Part shown: positions 53,601 to 63,061 of the stretch, in pieces
Layout: every line of letters starts with the position of its first letter
Position numbering within the stretch: the first letter of the stretch is position 1
IMG/VR virus record: IMGVR_UViG_3300037337_000170
Location: 1-64,000 of that record
Origin: a virus
Length of the DNA: 64,000 nt
Strand: one strand, 5' to 3'
Program-made: the position numbers and the translations under genes
Notes under the pieces: model-generated
Seen by the model: only the letters and a program-made list of their open reading frames with translations
Database searches by the model: none
Told to the model about the DNA's origin: nothing

Positions 53601-56600
53601 ATGAAAACATATTCAATACCCCCATATTTCGACGACTTTTCTGAAGATAAAAACTTTCAGCAGATTCTGTTTAAACCAGGCTTTGCTGTACAGGCACGTG
53701 AGCTTACTCAACTTCAGACAATTCTTCGTGGTCAGATTGAAAAATTCGGTAATCATATTTTTCAACAGGGTTCTGTTGTAATTCCAGGAAATTCTAGGGC
53801 AGAGTTAAATATACCTTATGTAAAATTACAACCGACCTTTAACTCTGTTAATATTGATTCAAAGGCCTTTGACGGTCAAACCGTTATTGGCGCGTCTACA
53901 GGCATTGAAGCCATAGTTAAGACCACCGCTGGCGCGACATTATCTGATCCAGATACTCTGTACATTGTGTATACAAAAGGCAGCAATGGTCTTCCGTCAA
54001 ATGAGTTTGAAACTTCAGAAGAAATATTTGTAAAATCAAGGCCAAATATCAGAGCCACATTGTTAGAGACTGACTCCACTGGCTTTGGAGCTCTGGTATA
54101 TGTTAACCGTGGTGTCTATTTTGTTAATGGGTCATTCGTGTTGGTAGATCAGCAGGTTGCTATTCTTTCCAAATATACCACGACACCATCTGCTTCAATC
54201 TTACTTAAGATTGTTGAAACCTTAGTCGAATCCGATACCGATGAATCTTTGTTGGATCCTGCCAATGGGTCATTTAACTATGCAGCACCAGGTGCTGATC
54301 GAGTAAAAATATCACTAGAGCTGGTTGTTCTTCCTCTGACCGCACCAATTTCTAGTGATTTTGTACAAATTATGAAATACCAAGACGGTATTTTATTAGA
54401 GCAGAGTAGACACCCAAAGTATAATGAATTAGAAAGATCATTGGCACGGAGAACTTTTGATGAGTCGGGAAATTACATCTCATTTGGCTATAGTCCCAGA
54501 GTAACAGAAGATTTTAAGTCCCGATATAATAATGGGCATAGTCTATCTGGCTCTAAGGATAGAATTGCGACAAAAGTTACAAATGGCAAGGCATACATAC
54601 AGGGCTTTGAAGTCGAGACCTTAAATGAATCTGTAGTCATTATTGATAAGGCACGTACCTTAGATCATATAGAGTCCCTACCAACCGTTAGTATGGTTCC
54701 AAGCTTTGGGCAGTATCTATTTGTTACTGACTTGACTGGTATGCCAGACTTTCGGGGCAGAGAGAATATTGATCTTTTCAATGCTATTTCGACACTTGGT
54801 GATAAGGTAAAGATAGGATCTGCCACGGTAATTGCGATTGATTATCATGAGCCAAATACCACAACAAGTAATGCAATCTACAAGCTATTTGTTTCCGATA
54901 TCCTAATGACCGCCGGTGGGATTAGTTCGGTTGGTTCGGTTGGGTTTTCTGGTGGCAAAGCCGAGGTGCTGCATAAGGTTACAGCACGGGCTACCGGTTT
55001 GGATTTTATTCTTGGTGAAATCGTATCGTTCGGTTCTATCAGACGTGCTACCGTTGGGAAATGGGACCGTTCAACTTCGTCATTGTATCTACTTAAGCAT
55101 CTGAATACATTAGAGATCCCAATTATAAATGATGGGCTTACCGCGCCATCCGGTGCATCATCTGTTGTTCAAGATAAGACGATTGTTGGATCATATCTAT
55201 CAAGTAGCCCAATTATCAAACTTCCGACGACAAATGCTTTTGAAGTTAAAACTGGCGCAGGCACTGTTGACATATCCTATAAAGTTTATAGAGAAGTCAC
55301 AATTGCGACTAATGCATCCGGGGCCGGAACCGCTACTGTTTCTGGGTTAACTATAGACCCAATCGAGGCTGGCAACTTCATTATCTCCAGCGCCTCAGGC
55401 ATTCTTTCTAATTCTATTGCGACATTATCCAATAATGGTCTGTCCATATCGATTACCGATGGTCCGGTCTCAGGTACGTTGAGAATCGTATGTGCCGGAA
55501 CAAAACTTAACCAGAGCGCTAGAAGCAAGGTATTCGTCTCATCATTCTTTCAGACAGGACTAACCCCGGCAAATATTGTACAACTCAATAAAGCCGATGT
55601 ATATCGAGTAATATCCGTTGTCTCGACTATTGACGGTGATGTGACTTCTCGATTTACTCTTGATAATGGGCAGAGGGATTTTGCATATCTACGGGGCAGA
55701 CTAAATTTAAGGGGAACTCTTCCAGCTGGTACCTTGACTGTAACATATAGCTATTTTACACATTCGGGTTCTGGCGACTATTTCTCTGTTGATTCTTATG
55801 CATTATCGGGTCTACCTGATTACTATGACAATATCCCAATTTATATTTCGAATAGTACCTCGGAGAGTTTTGATCTCCGTAACTGTCTTGACTTTAGAGC
55901 TAGAATCGGGGATAACGGCACATACACAGCCGGTAGCGCCGCGCCTCTAGATCTGGTTCAAGTCGACTCTCGTATAACTACATCAATGAGAATATATGTC
56001 GGAAGAATAGACAGTGTTATTGTTGGAAAAAGCGGTATTGTTGAGGTCTTACGCGGTATTCCAAGTCTGAGACCAGTTGCCCCCAGTATAAATGATGATA
56101 GTATAAAAATGGCCGAGATTACCATTGGTCCATATACTAAAAGCTTAGAATCCGTTAATGTAAGAATCCTTAATAATAAGGTCTACACTATGCGGGATAT
56201 TGGGCTAATGGAGAAACGAATCAACAATGTAGAGAAGTATGCACAGATTACACATGAGGAATCTTTGCTTCTGAATACAGAGGTTATAGACGCGGCATCT
56301 GGCTTAAATAGATTCAAAAGCGGGTATTTAGTCGAAAATTTCAATAATCTAGATATAATTGCTGACTTTTTTCGCCCTGGGTTTACCGTGACCTATACTA
56401 TAGCTGGTGAGATTACTGCAGCTACAGAGCAGCATGAAACTAATCTTCAGGTGGTTTCTACTACAGGGCGGCTATATGGTGCCCTTACCAATGGATATAT
56501 TACGGCTAATTTTACAGAAGTTGAATTTTGTAAGCAACCAGTTTCGACAAAGATTACCAACATCAATCCATTCAATGTTGTATCATGGGTTGGAAAATTA

Positions 56601-56912
56601 AGTTTGGTCCCATCACTCCAAACCTTTACTGATATTATTGTCCTTCCACCTTTGTTCAACCATGTGACCAATGTTATAGTCAATACTGTGACAAATGTTA
56701 TAACGACTGAGGTGATCAATGTAATAAATCAGACGGTAGATGTGCCTCGTGCATGGGGTTGGGAAGCGCCACCGGGTGCAATAGTGTCTTTTGGCGCCTT
56801 AAGCGATGTTGAGACTACTTTTTTGGAGATAATTAATGTCCCTAGTACTCCACAGGTATTTAATCAGCTTTCAATTGCGTTCACCCGAGACGGATGGCGC
56901 CCACGGATTTGA
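53601..56912 (+). CDS. large virion protein, DUF4815/VrlC-like N-terminal part
   Basis: PYFDDF, LFKPGFAVQARELTQLQ, APGADR, LARRTFDESG, LDNGQRD, YTMRDIG..EKRI. Confidence 0.8.
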   Translation: MKTYSIPPYFDDFSEDKNFQQILFKPGFAVQARELTQLQTILRGQIEKFGNHIFQQGSVVIPGNSRAELNIPYVKLQPTFNSVNIDSKAFDGQTVIGASTGIEAIVKTTAGATLSDPDTLYIVYTKGSNGLPSNEFETSEEIFVKSRPNIRATLLETDSTGFGALVYVNRGVYFVNGSFVLVDQQVAILSKYTTTPSASILLKIVETLVESDTDESLLDPANGSFNYAAPGADRVKISLELVVLPLTAPISSDFVQIMKYQDGILLEQSRHPKYNELERSLARRTFDESGNYISFGYSPRVTEDFKSRYNNGHSLSGSKDRIATKVTNGKAYIQGFEVETLNESVVIIDKARTLDHIESLPTVSMVPSFGQYLFVTDLTGMPDFRGRENIDLFNAISTLGDKVKIGSATVIAIDYHEPNTTTSNAIYKLFVSDILMTAGGISSVGSVGFSGGKAEVLHKVTARATGLDFILGEIVSFGSIRRATVGKWDRSTSSLYLLKHLNTLEIPIINDGLTAPSGASSVVQDKTIVGSYLSSSPIIKLPTTNAFEVKTGAGTVDISYKVYREVTIATNASGAGTATVSGLTIDPIEAGNFIISSASGILSNSIATLSNNGLSISITDGPVSGTLRIVCAGTKLNQSARSKVFVSSFFQTGLTPANIVQLNKADVYRVISVVSTIDGDVTSRFTLDNGQRDFAYLRGRLNLRGTLPAGTLTVTYSYFTHSGSGDYFSVDSYALSGLPDYYDNIPIYISNSTSESFDLRNCLDFRARIGDNGTYTAGSAAPLDLVQVDSRITTSMRIYVGRIDSVIVGKSGIVEVLRGIPSLRPVAPSINDDSIKMAEITIGPYTKSLESVNVRILNNKVYTMRDIGLMEKRINNVEKYAQITHEESLLLNTEVIDAASGLNRFKSGYLVENFNNLDIIADFFRPGFTVTYTIAGEITAATEQHETNLQVVSTTGRLYGALTNGYITANFTEVEFCKQPVSTKITNINPFNVVSWVGKLSLVPSLQTFTDIIVLPPLFNHVTNVIVNTVTNVITTEVINVINQTVDVPRAWGWEAPPGAIVSFGALSDVETTFLEIINVPSTPQVFNQLSIAFTRDGWRPRI

Positions 56913-57067
56913 CGTATGGCCCACATTTTTTCTTGATATAGTGACAACATTAATCAAATTAACAGATTACACGCTACGAGAAAAATTAAATCTCGTAGAG
57001 CAATGCCAAAGACATCTTTAATAAAGTGTTAGGTCAGTTTTATTTCAATAGATAAAACTAACTTAAT

Positions 57068-57075
57068 TATAAATA
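57068..57075 (+). promoter_or_regulatory. late promoter
   Basis: TATAAATA 26 nt before ATG 57102. Confidence 0.75.
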
Positions 57076-57101
57076 AAATACATGAGAAAACAAGGACGAA
57101 C

Positions 57102-59624
57102 ATGGCAACTAGAACAGTAGACACTCTAAGTTTAGACGGTATAGCCGGCGGCTTTTTTATTCAGCCGGATAGTATTCGTTTTGAGGTAGCTGAAGCCAGA
57201 CCTAAGACCCGATTGTTTGCATTTTTCGATGGCGTTAGTGTGGCTGCAGCCATTACCCCAGAAGGCGGCATTAGAGGTGGGAATGTTGTTACAGATGCTC
57301 AGGGAACTGCAACTGGTATTTTTAACATTGAGGCATTCACCTACAATACGGGAAGAAAAATATTAAAATTTCAGGATAGCCCGGTATTCACCTCTGATAC
57401 AATTATCGGATCAACAGTCAGCAGCGCTGAAGCAGATTTTATGAGCACTCGTGTTCAGAGGACACTGCAGGATACTATTACTGTGGTCACGGATGTATTC
57501 CAGACCAATGTGGTTGATGTTCAAAACTTTGTTAATATCGATCAATTAAATATAATCGAAAATAACGTGATCGGCACTCTAAACATTCCTGTGGTGGCCG
57601 AACTCGCCGTTCCAGTGGTCGCTGCTCTAGGTGATCCACTTGCCCAGTCTTTTTTCACATACGGTGTTAAAGGTGGCTGTGCTATTACGAAAATTGATAT
57701 CTATTTCGCAACAAAGGATGAAGAGTTGCCGGTTATTCTTGAACTTAGAGAATTGACAAATGGATATCCGGGCCCTAAGTTGATTGATAGATTATCATGG
57801 GTTTCTCTAGAACCAAGTCAGGTGCTTCTATCTGATGATTCCTCCTTAGCTACACCCTTTGAATTTTTCCCGGCCGTGGTGTTGGAGGAAAATAAGGAGT
57901 ACTGTTTTGTTCTAAAGACGAACTGCGATACATACAACGTTTGGACAAGCGTTCTTGGCGAACTATCTGTAGAAACTGGGTTAAAGGTATTTGAACAGCC
58001 ATTCATTGGCTCTATGTATAAGTCGGAGAATAATATCACATGGGTCACTGATCCAACAGAAGATATTAAGTTCACGATGTACAAAGCTGAGTATGATACG
58101 GTCAATCCAGCAACCGTTATAATGAGAGCAAATTCTAGACCAGTCCTATTGAATGGTACTAGATTTAGAGTAACGGCAGGTTCTACACTGGTTAGATTAA
58201 ACTGTGGCTACAAGCATGGGCTTAGGAATAATGACTTTCTGAATCTTTTTTCTCCCACGGGTCTGTTTCGTGGAATTCCAAGTGCTTCATTGAATGGAGA
58301 CTTTGCCGTAACCGTAATTAATGAATATGTTGTTACTTTCATTAGCCCCACAGCGGCGACCTCTACCGGCACATTAGCAACACCAGGATTAGTGAATGCT
58401 ATTCAGGTTGACTCAGGCGGCACAAACTACATAAGTCCAGTTATCTCCTTTGCTAGCAGTACTGGTACAGGCGCGTCGGCAACCGCTGTTGTTACCGCTG
58501 GTGTAATTACCCAAATCAATATAACAAACTCAGGTACTGGGTACCTATCGGCCCCAACAATAAGTGTTACCGATAGTACAGGCATCGGCGCTTTATTATT
58601 TGTTATCAGTGAGGCACTATTTACTATATCGACAAATAGGATTACTAATGATTATAGAGTCATAAGTTCCTTTGCTGAATCACCAAATACTTCTATAACA
58701 ACCAACATTAGTACTACATCATCCGAATATAGTATATTGGATGATGTCAACTACACTCAGGGGACATTCTATAGCCCCAAGATCCCAAGTATCCTGGTGT
58801 CGGCAACAAATGCCAATACATATCTGTCCAATCAGACTCCCCTATCTGTAAATGTAAATCTATCTACATCCAACAAAAATACGTCCCCGATTTTTGCACT
58901 GACAGAAAGACCAAGATTAGCCACATCGGCATTTATCATCAACAACCAGACCCCCATAGAGACCCTGACTGCGACTGAGGGCTATGGTACTGTAACAGGT
59001 TTGGTTTCTGGAAAATTGAATATAACCAATCCAGGTGCAGGTTACCTTACCGCGACAGTTACAATATCCGCACCCGATGTATCGTTCGGGATACAGGCAA
59101 CTGCAACTGCAACTATCACGGCAGGGTCTATCACTGATATTACTATTGATAATCCTGGGATTGGGTATGTCACACTCCCAACTGTAACCATTACTGGAAC
59201 CGGAACTATAACCGTAATCGCTGCATCATCTGCCAACCTAACTCCGTTCAATACAGAAGTACTTCCTGGTCACGGTACAGCAGAAAGTCGATATTTCACC
59301 CAACAAATTAACTTAGAGACAGTATCTACTGGTGTTCAAATTATTTGCGCTGCATACTCTGAGCTTGAAAGCAATTTTGACTTCTATATTAGGACCTCGT
59401 TGTCCTCGGAGGAAACCTCTCATGCTGGATTAAACTGGATGATGTTAAAGTGTGATGTTGAAAGAAACCTATCAACCTTTGATGGCGAATATTTGGACTA
59501 TACATTTTTTGCAAATAACATCAAGCCGTTTGATGTCTATGATTTGAAGATAGTAATGCGTAGTACCAACCGGGTTAAGGTGCCTAGGATTAAGAATTAT
59601 CGTACCATTATATTAGCCACATGA
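57102..59624 (+). CDS. large virion protein, VrlC-like C-terminal part
   Basis: PKTRLFAFFDG, DPLAQSF, GSMYKSEN..TW, EDIKF, F...D.KIV. Confidence 0.75.
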   Translation: MATRTVDTLSLDGIAGGFFIQPDSIRFEVAEARPKTRLFAFFDGVSVAAAITPEGGIRGGNVVTDAQGTATGIFNIEAFTYNTGRKILKFQDSPVFTSDTIIGSTVSSAEADFMSTRVQRTLQDTITVVTDVFQTNVVDVQNFVNIDQLNIIENNVIGTLNIPVVAELAVPVVAALGDPLAQSFFTYGVKGGCAITKIDIYFATKDEELPVILELRELTNGYPGPKLIDRLSWVSLEPSQVLLSDDSSLATPFEFFPAVVLEENKEYCFVLKTNCDTYNVWTSVLGELSVETGLKVFEQPFIGSMYKSENNITWVTDPTEDIKFTMYKAEYDTVNPATVIMRANSRPVLLNGTRFRVTAGSTLVRLNCGYKHGLRNNDFLNLFSPTGLFRGIPSASLNGDFAVTVINEYVVTFISPTAATSTGTLATPGLVNAIQVDSGGTNYISPVISFASSTGTGASATAVVTAGVITQINITNSGTGYLSAPTISVTDSTGIGALLFVISEALFTISTNRITNDYRVISSFAESPNTSITTNISTTSSEYSILDDVNYTQGTFYSPKIPSILVSATNANTYLSNQTPLSVNVNLSTSNKNTSPIFALTERPRLATSAFIINNQTPIETLTATEGYGTVTGLVSGKLNITNPGAGYLTATVTISAPDVSFGIQATATATITAGSITDITIDNPGIGYVTLPTVTITGTGTITVIAASSANLTPFNTEVLPGHGTAESRYFTQQINLETVSTGVQIICAAYSELESNFDFYIRTSLSSEETSHAGLNWMMLKCDVERNLSTFDGEYLDYTFFANNIKPFDVYDLKIVMRSTNRVKVPRIKNYRTIILAT

Positions 59625-59842
59625 TAAAAATTAAAGATGAGCTGGGTAATGTAGTTCCTGGTATTTTAAGAGACCCAAGAACACATGCACTTACCAATAT
59701 CAATAAGTTACAATATCAGAGTTGTTTGGCGTCTCAGTTGAGAATTACCCAAGAAAAAAATGATATAAGTAATATGAAAAACGAAATTGTAGAAATAAAA
59801 TCTCTACTATTAGCACTACTGGACAAACTAAATGCCAACTAA
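59621..59842 (+). CDS. small coiled-coil protein
   Basis: RDP.T.A..N...EIKSLL..LL. Confidence 0.65.
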   Translation: MIKIKDELGNVVPGILRDPRTHALTNINKLQYQSCLASQLRITQEKNDISNMKNEIVEIKSLLLALLDKLNAN

Positions 59843-60044
59843 TATAACATATCGAACAAGTGTTAATCCAACTACACCCACCTCTATTACTGCGGCTGGT
59901 GTGCCGTTAACGCATATTCAGGTGGACGGTAATTTTAAATCATTATCAGATGCAATTGATTTAAAGGCTTCTCAAGCAGATGTAAATAATTCGGTTTCAA
60001 CAATTTCCGGAGATGCCATTGCATTTGCAATCGCGCTAGGATAA
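59832..60044 (+). CDS. small fibre-associated protein
   Basis: PLT..QVDGNF; ends AIAFAIALG. Confidence 0.65.
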   Translation: MPTNITYRTSVNPTTPTSITAAGVPLTHIQVDGNFKSLSDAIDLKASQADVNNSVSTISGDAIAFAIALG

Positions 60045-60053
60045 GGACTAAAT

Positions 60054-60380
60054 ATGGCTTCAGTTTTCAAATCAAATGCAGTAGTTACGGTTGGTGTTAC
60101 TCCTGTAACAGCCTATACTGCTCCGGCAGCAACCACGTCTACCGTAATCGGAATGAGTGTGGCTAATACATCGGGTGTTGGCATTACAGTTGATGCTACC
60201 CTAACAAAAGACTCTGTTGTAGCCTTCCTAATTAAAGGTGCTCCGATTCCGGTTGGTGGTGCTCTTGTTATTATCGGCGGCGACCAAAAGACTGTACTAG
60301 AGGCAGGTAATCTTATTAGTATTACCTCAAGTGTTGCAGCAAGTTGCGATGTGATTACTTCTGTTCTGGAGCTAACATAA
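60054..60380 (+). CDS. virion structural protein
   Basis: YTAPA.TTS.VIG..VAN...K.VLE.G...SVLE. Confidence 0.7.
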   Translation: MASVFKSNAVVTVGVTPVTAYTAPAATTSTVIGMSVANTSGVGITVDATLTKDSVVAFLIKGAPIPVGGALVIIGGDQKTVLEAGNLISITSSVAASCDVITSVLELT

Positions 60381-60381
60381 T

Positions 60382-60897
60382 ATGGTCACGAGAGTTAATT
60401 CTGGTGGCATTTTAGATGGTTCTGTTAGCACAGATAAAATTATTGATAACTCTGTTACCAGTAATAAAATTGCCGATGGGTCAGTCACCTCAGCGAAATT
60501 ATCTAGTACAGCAGTAGCAGATAAACTAGGGTATACACCACAGGTGCCACTTGTTTCTGGCACTAACATTAAGACAGTTGGTGGTGTATCAATACTTGGC
60601 TCTGGTAATATAACTGCTGGTACTACCGTTGCTGTAGTTTCGGGCACTACCCAGGCAGCAGTTGCAGGAACTCATTATGTCCTCACCAATGCTGCGACTA
60701 CAACTGTGACACTCCCAAGTAGTGCTGTTTCCGGTGATGTAGTTGCTATTACCGTTAGAAATGGTCTATATACTAATTCTATTCTTAACAATGGTCTAAG
60801 AATAATGGACTTGCTTGAATCTTTAATTATCAATCAAAATAATGCTAGCTTCTCTCTTGTGTATGCTGATGCTACACGTGGCTGGGTTTTAACTTAA
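60382..60897 (+). CDS. tail-fibre-related protein
   Basis: I.D.SVT..K repeats, SGTNIKT module, TVTLP...GD...Y.DATRGW. Confidence 0.7.
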   Translation: MVTRVNSGGILDGSVSTDKIIDNSVTSNKIADGSVTSAKLSSTAVADKLGYTPQVPLVSGTNIKTVGGVSILGSGNITAGTTVAVVSGTTQAAVAGTHYVLTNAATTTVTLPSSAVSGDVVAITVRNGLYTNSILNNGLRIMDLLESLIINQNNASFSLVYADATRGWVLT

Positions 60898-60909
60898 TAA
60901 GGAAACAAA

Positions 60910-61533
60910 ATGAGTTCATTGTCACAATTCGTTGGTCTATATGCTGGTGGTATCGGTCCTGGTGCCGCTGGTCGCCCAATTAGAACACAACGCTTTCTTA
61001 CTAGCGGTACCTTTACGCCATCTGCTGCCCTTATTGCCGCAGGTGGCAATTGTTACGCATTAGTTGTTGGGGGCGGTGGTAATGGCGGCGCCGCCGGCGG
61101 TGGCGGTGGTGCCGTTGGCGGCGGCGGCGGCGGATCTGCCGGCGGTTTTATTGAGGGACCATTGAATATTATTGTTCCTACTACAGTTACTGTGGGTGGT
61201 CCCGGTGGCACAAGTATTCTTTTATTGCTATCTGGTCTCGGCGGTACTACCGGCGGTGTGGGCAGTTTCGGCGGCGGTAATGGCGTAGGAGCTACGGGGG
61301 GTTCCGGTGGAGGTGCCAGTGCCGTTTCCTTGGGTATTGGTGGTATTGGTGGTACCGGCGGCCTTGGTGGTGCGGGAGCAGGAGTTTCCGGCGGCTTCGG
61401 AGGCGGCGCCGGCGGAGCCAGTACGTCAAGCTCCGGCGGTGGAGGTGGAGGTGGAGGTGCTAGTGCCGGCGCCCCCGGCACCCCCGGTGGCGCCGGCTCC
61501 TCCGGTTATGTACAAATTTGGTGGCAAGAATAA
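60910..61533 (+). CDS. glycine-rich adhesin-like protein
   Basis: FLTSGTFT, VVGGGG.GG, poly-Gly, G.SGYV.I.W. Confidence 0.7.
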   Translation: MSSLSQFVGLYAGGIGPGAAGRPIRTQRFLTSGTFTPSAALIAAGGNCYALVVGGGGNGGAAGGGGGAVGGGGGGSAGGFIEGPLNIIVPTTVTVGGPGGTSILLLLSGLGGTTGGVGSFGGGNGVGATGGSGGGASAVSLGIGGIGGTGGLGGAGAGVSGGFGGGAGGASTSSSGGGGGGGGASAGAPGTPGGAGSSGYVQIWWQE

Positions 61534-61545
61534 AGAGAGCTTAAT

Positions 61546-62031
61546 ATGATTTTTGCGCTTATAAAAAATAACAAAGTCGACAATATTATTGCCGCAGATC
61601 AGATCTTTGCCGATAGCTTATTAAGTGACTATCAGGCAGTTGTTCAGTCAGATACAGCACAAGTAGGTTGGGAGTGGGACGGCACTTCAATTGTTACTCC
61701 ACCAGCACCTGAGCCGGTGATCATGCCTATGCCTGAACCGTCTAGATTAGTTACCAGACTAGCTTTCCGTAACCGCTTTACTCTCGCCGAAAAGATGGCA
61801 CTAGAATTAGCCGGACTAGATAACCCAGCCTCCACAATCGCAGAACGAACTAATGCTGCTGCACTTCGTATCAATCAGGCCGATCTTGCCGCTGCTACGT
61901 TTGTTGATCTTGCCCGCGAAGATACTCGCAATGGTGTACTCAGCCTGGAAACAGTTGGTCTACTAGACGCAGGTAGGGCACTAGAAATCTTAGATACACC
62001 TGTTACTGAACTAGAAAAGTTCGTTGGTTAA
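61546..62031 (+). CDS. tail-fibre assembly-like protein
   Basis: FALI....V.NII.AD, GW.WDG, TRLAFRNRFT.AE. Confidence 0.65.
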   Translation: MIFALIKNNKVDNIIAADQIFADSLLSDYQAVVQSDTAQVGWEWDGTSIVTPPAPEPVIMPMPEPSRLVTRLAFRNRFTLAEKMALELAGLDNPASTIAERTNAAALRINQADLAAATFVDLAREDTRNGVLSLETVGLLDAGRALEILDTPVTELEKFVG

Positions 62032-62036
62032 CCGAT

Positions 62037-62044
62037 TATAAATA
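62037..62044 (+). promoter_or_regulatory. late promoter
   Basis: TATAAATA 15 nt before ATG 62060. Confidence 0.75.
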
Positions 62045-62059
62045 ACCCAAAGGAACTTC

Positions 62060-62653
62060 ATGGCATATATCGGTAATCAACCATCAAGTGGTGCATTCAG
62101 AAAACTAGACACTCTGGTATTCAATGGAAGTACGGCTACATTCGGGCTTATAGCTGGTGGAGTTGCTGTATCACCAGGTACGGCAACCAATCTAATTATC
62201 AGTCTTAATGGTGTGGTACAGGAGCCTGGTACTTCATATGATGTTTCTGGTTCTAATATCACATTCAGTTCGGCGCCAGGTGCGGGGTCTACATTTTTCG
62301 GGGTTCAACTAGGTTCAGTAGGTACTGTTAACATTGTTACTGATGGTTCTATTACCGCAGATAAGCTAAGCGTAACCCCGATTCCAGTAATCAAAGGTGG
62401 TACCGGTACGGCATCATTGACAGGGCTTGTAAAAGGTAACGGTACTGGTGCATTAACAGAGGCAGTATCTGGTACTGATATCAAGACTGTTAACGATGTG
62501 CCTGTTCTTGGTTCTGGTAATATTACAGTGCAAGTACCATTGGTTTCTGGTACTAACATTAAGACAATCAATGGAGTCACATTACTTGGCTCAGGAAACT
62601 ACGAGATAATTTCAGGCTCGGATATTGCCAATTATATGGCAGGAATAATTTAA
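62060..62653 (+). CDS. tail-fibre-related protein
   Basis: MAYIGNQP, SLNGVVQEP..Y, ITFSSAP, two SGT.IKT modules. Confidence 0.7.
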   Translation: MAYIGNQPSSGAFRKLDTLVFNGSTATFGLIAGGVAVSPGTATNLIISLNGVVQEPGTSYDVSGSNITFSSAPGAGSTFFGVQLGSVGTVNIVTDGSITADKLSVTPIPVIKGGTGTASLTGLVKGNGTGALTEAVSGTDIKTVNDVPVLGSGNITVQVPLVSGTNIKTINGVTLLGSGNYEIISGSDIANYMAGII

Positions 62654-62662
62654 GGGAACAAT

Positions 62663-63061
62663 ATGGCTTCAACGGGTAATTATGCATCAACACCTAGAAC
62701 CGGTGTAGTTGTAATCGATACGGCAAATACAGCAAGGGATGGTACCGGTACTCTAGGCACTGTTCTATTAGCGCCAGCATCTGGTTCTAGAATTGATGGC
62801 CTTGATATTCAGGCAGTTGGTACAACCACTGCCGGTATGGTTCGCTTGTTTGTTCACAATGGAACTACGGCATTTCTGCTGACAGAAATTCCTGTGATCG
62901 CGGTCACACCAGGTGCTGCGATTCCAGCTTGGTCTGTGCATTTGAGTACAAATAGCAATCCTAATTTTCCGATTGTCCTAGGTTCTGGCTTTAGTCTTCG
63001 TGCATCAACAAATAATGCTGATGCCTTCAATATTATTACCACCCAGGCAGGAGACTTCTGA
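62663..63061 (+). CDS. virion/fibre-associated protein
   Basis: 132-aa beta-rich ORF in the fibre operon. Confidence 0.65.
   Translation: MASTGNYASTPRTGVVVIDTANTARDGTGTLGTVLLAPASGSRIDGLDIQAVGTTTAGMVRLFVHNGTTAFLLTEIPVIAVTPGAAIPAWSVHLSTNSNPNFPIVLGSGFSLRASTNNADAFNIITTQAGDF

Noticed and set aside
60541-62600. Diversity-generating retroelement or invertible shufflon
   Set aside because: Repeats are direct, differences are not adenine-specific, and no reverse transcriptase or invertase is in the window
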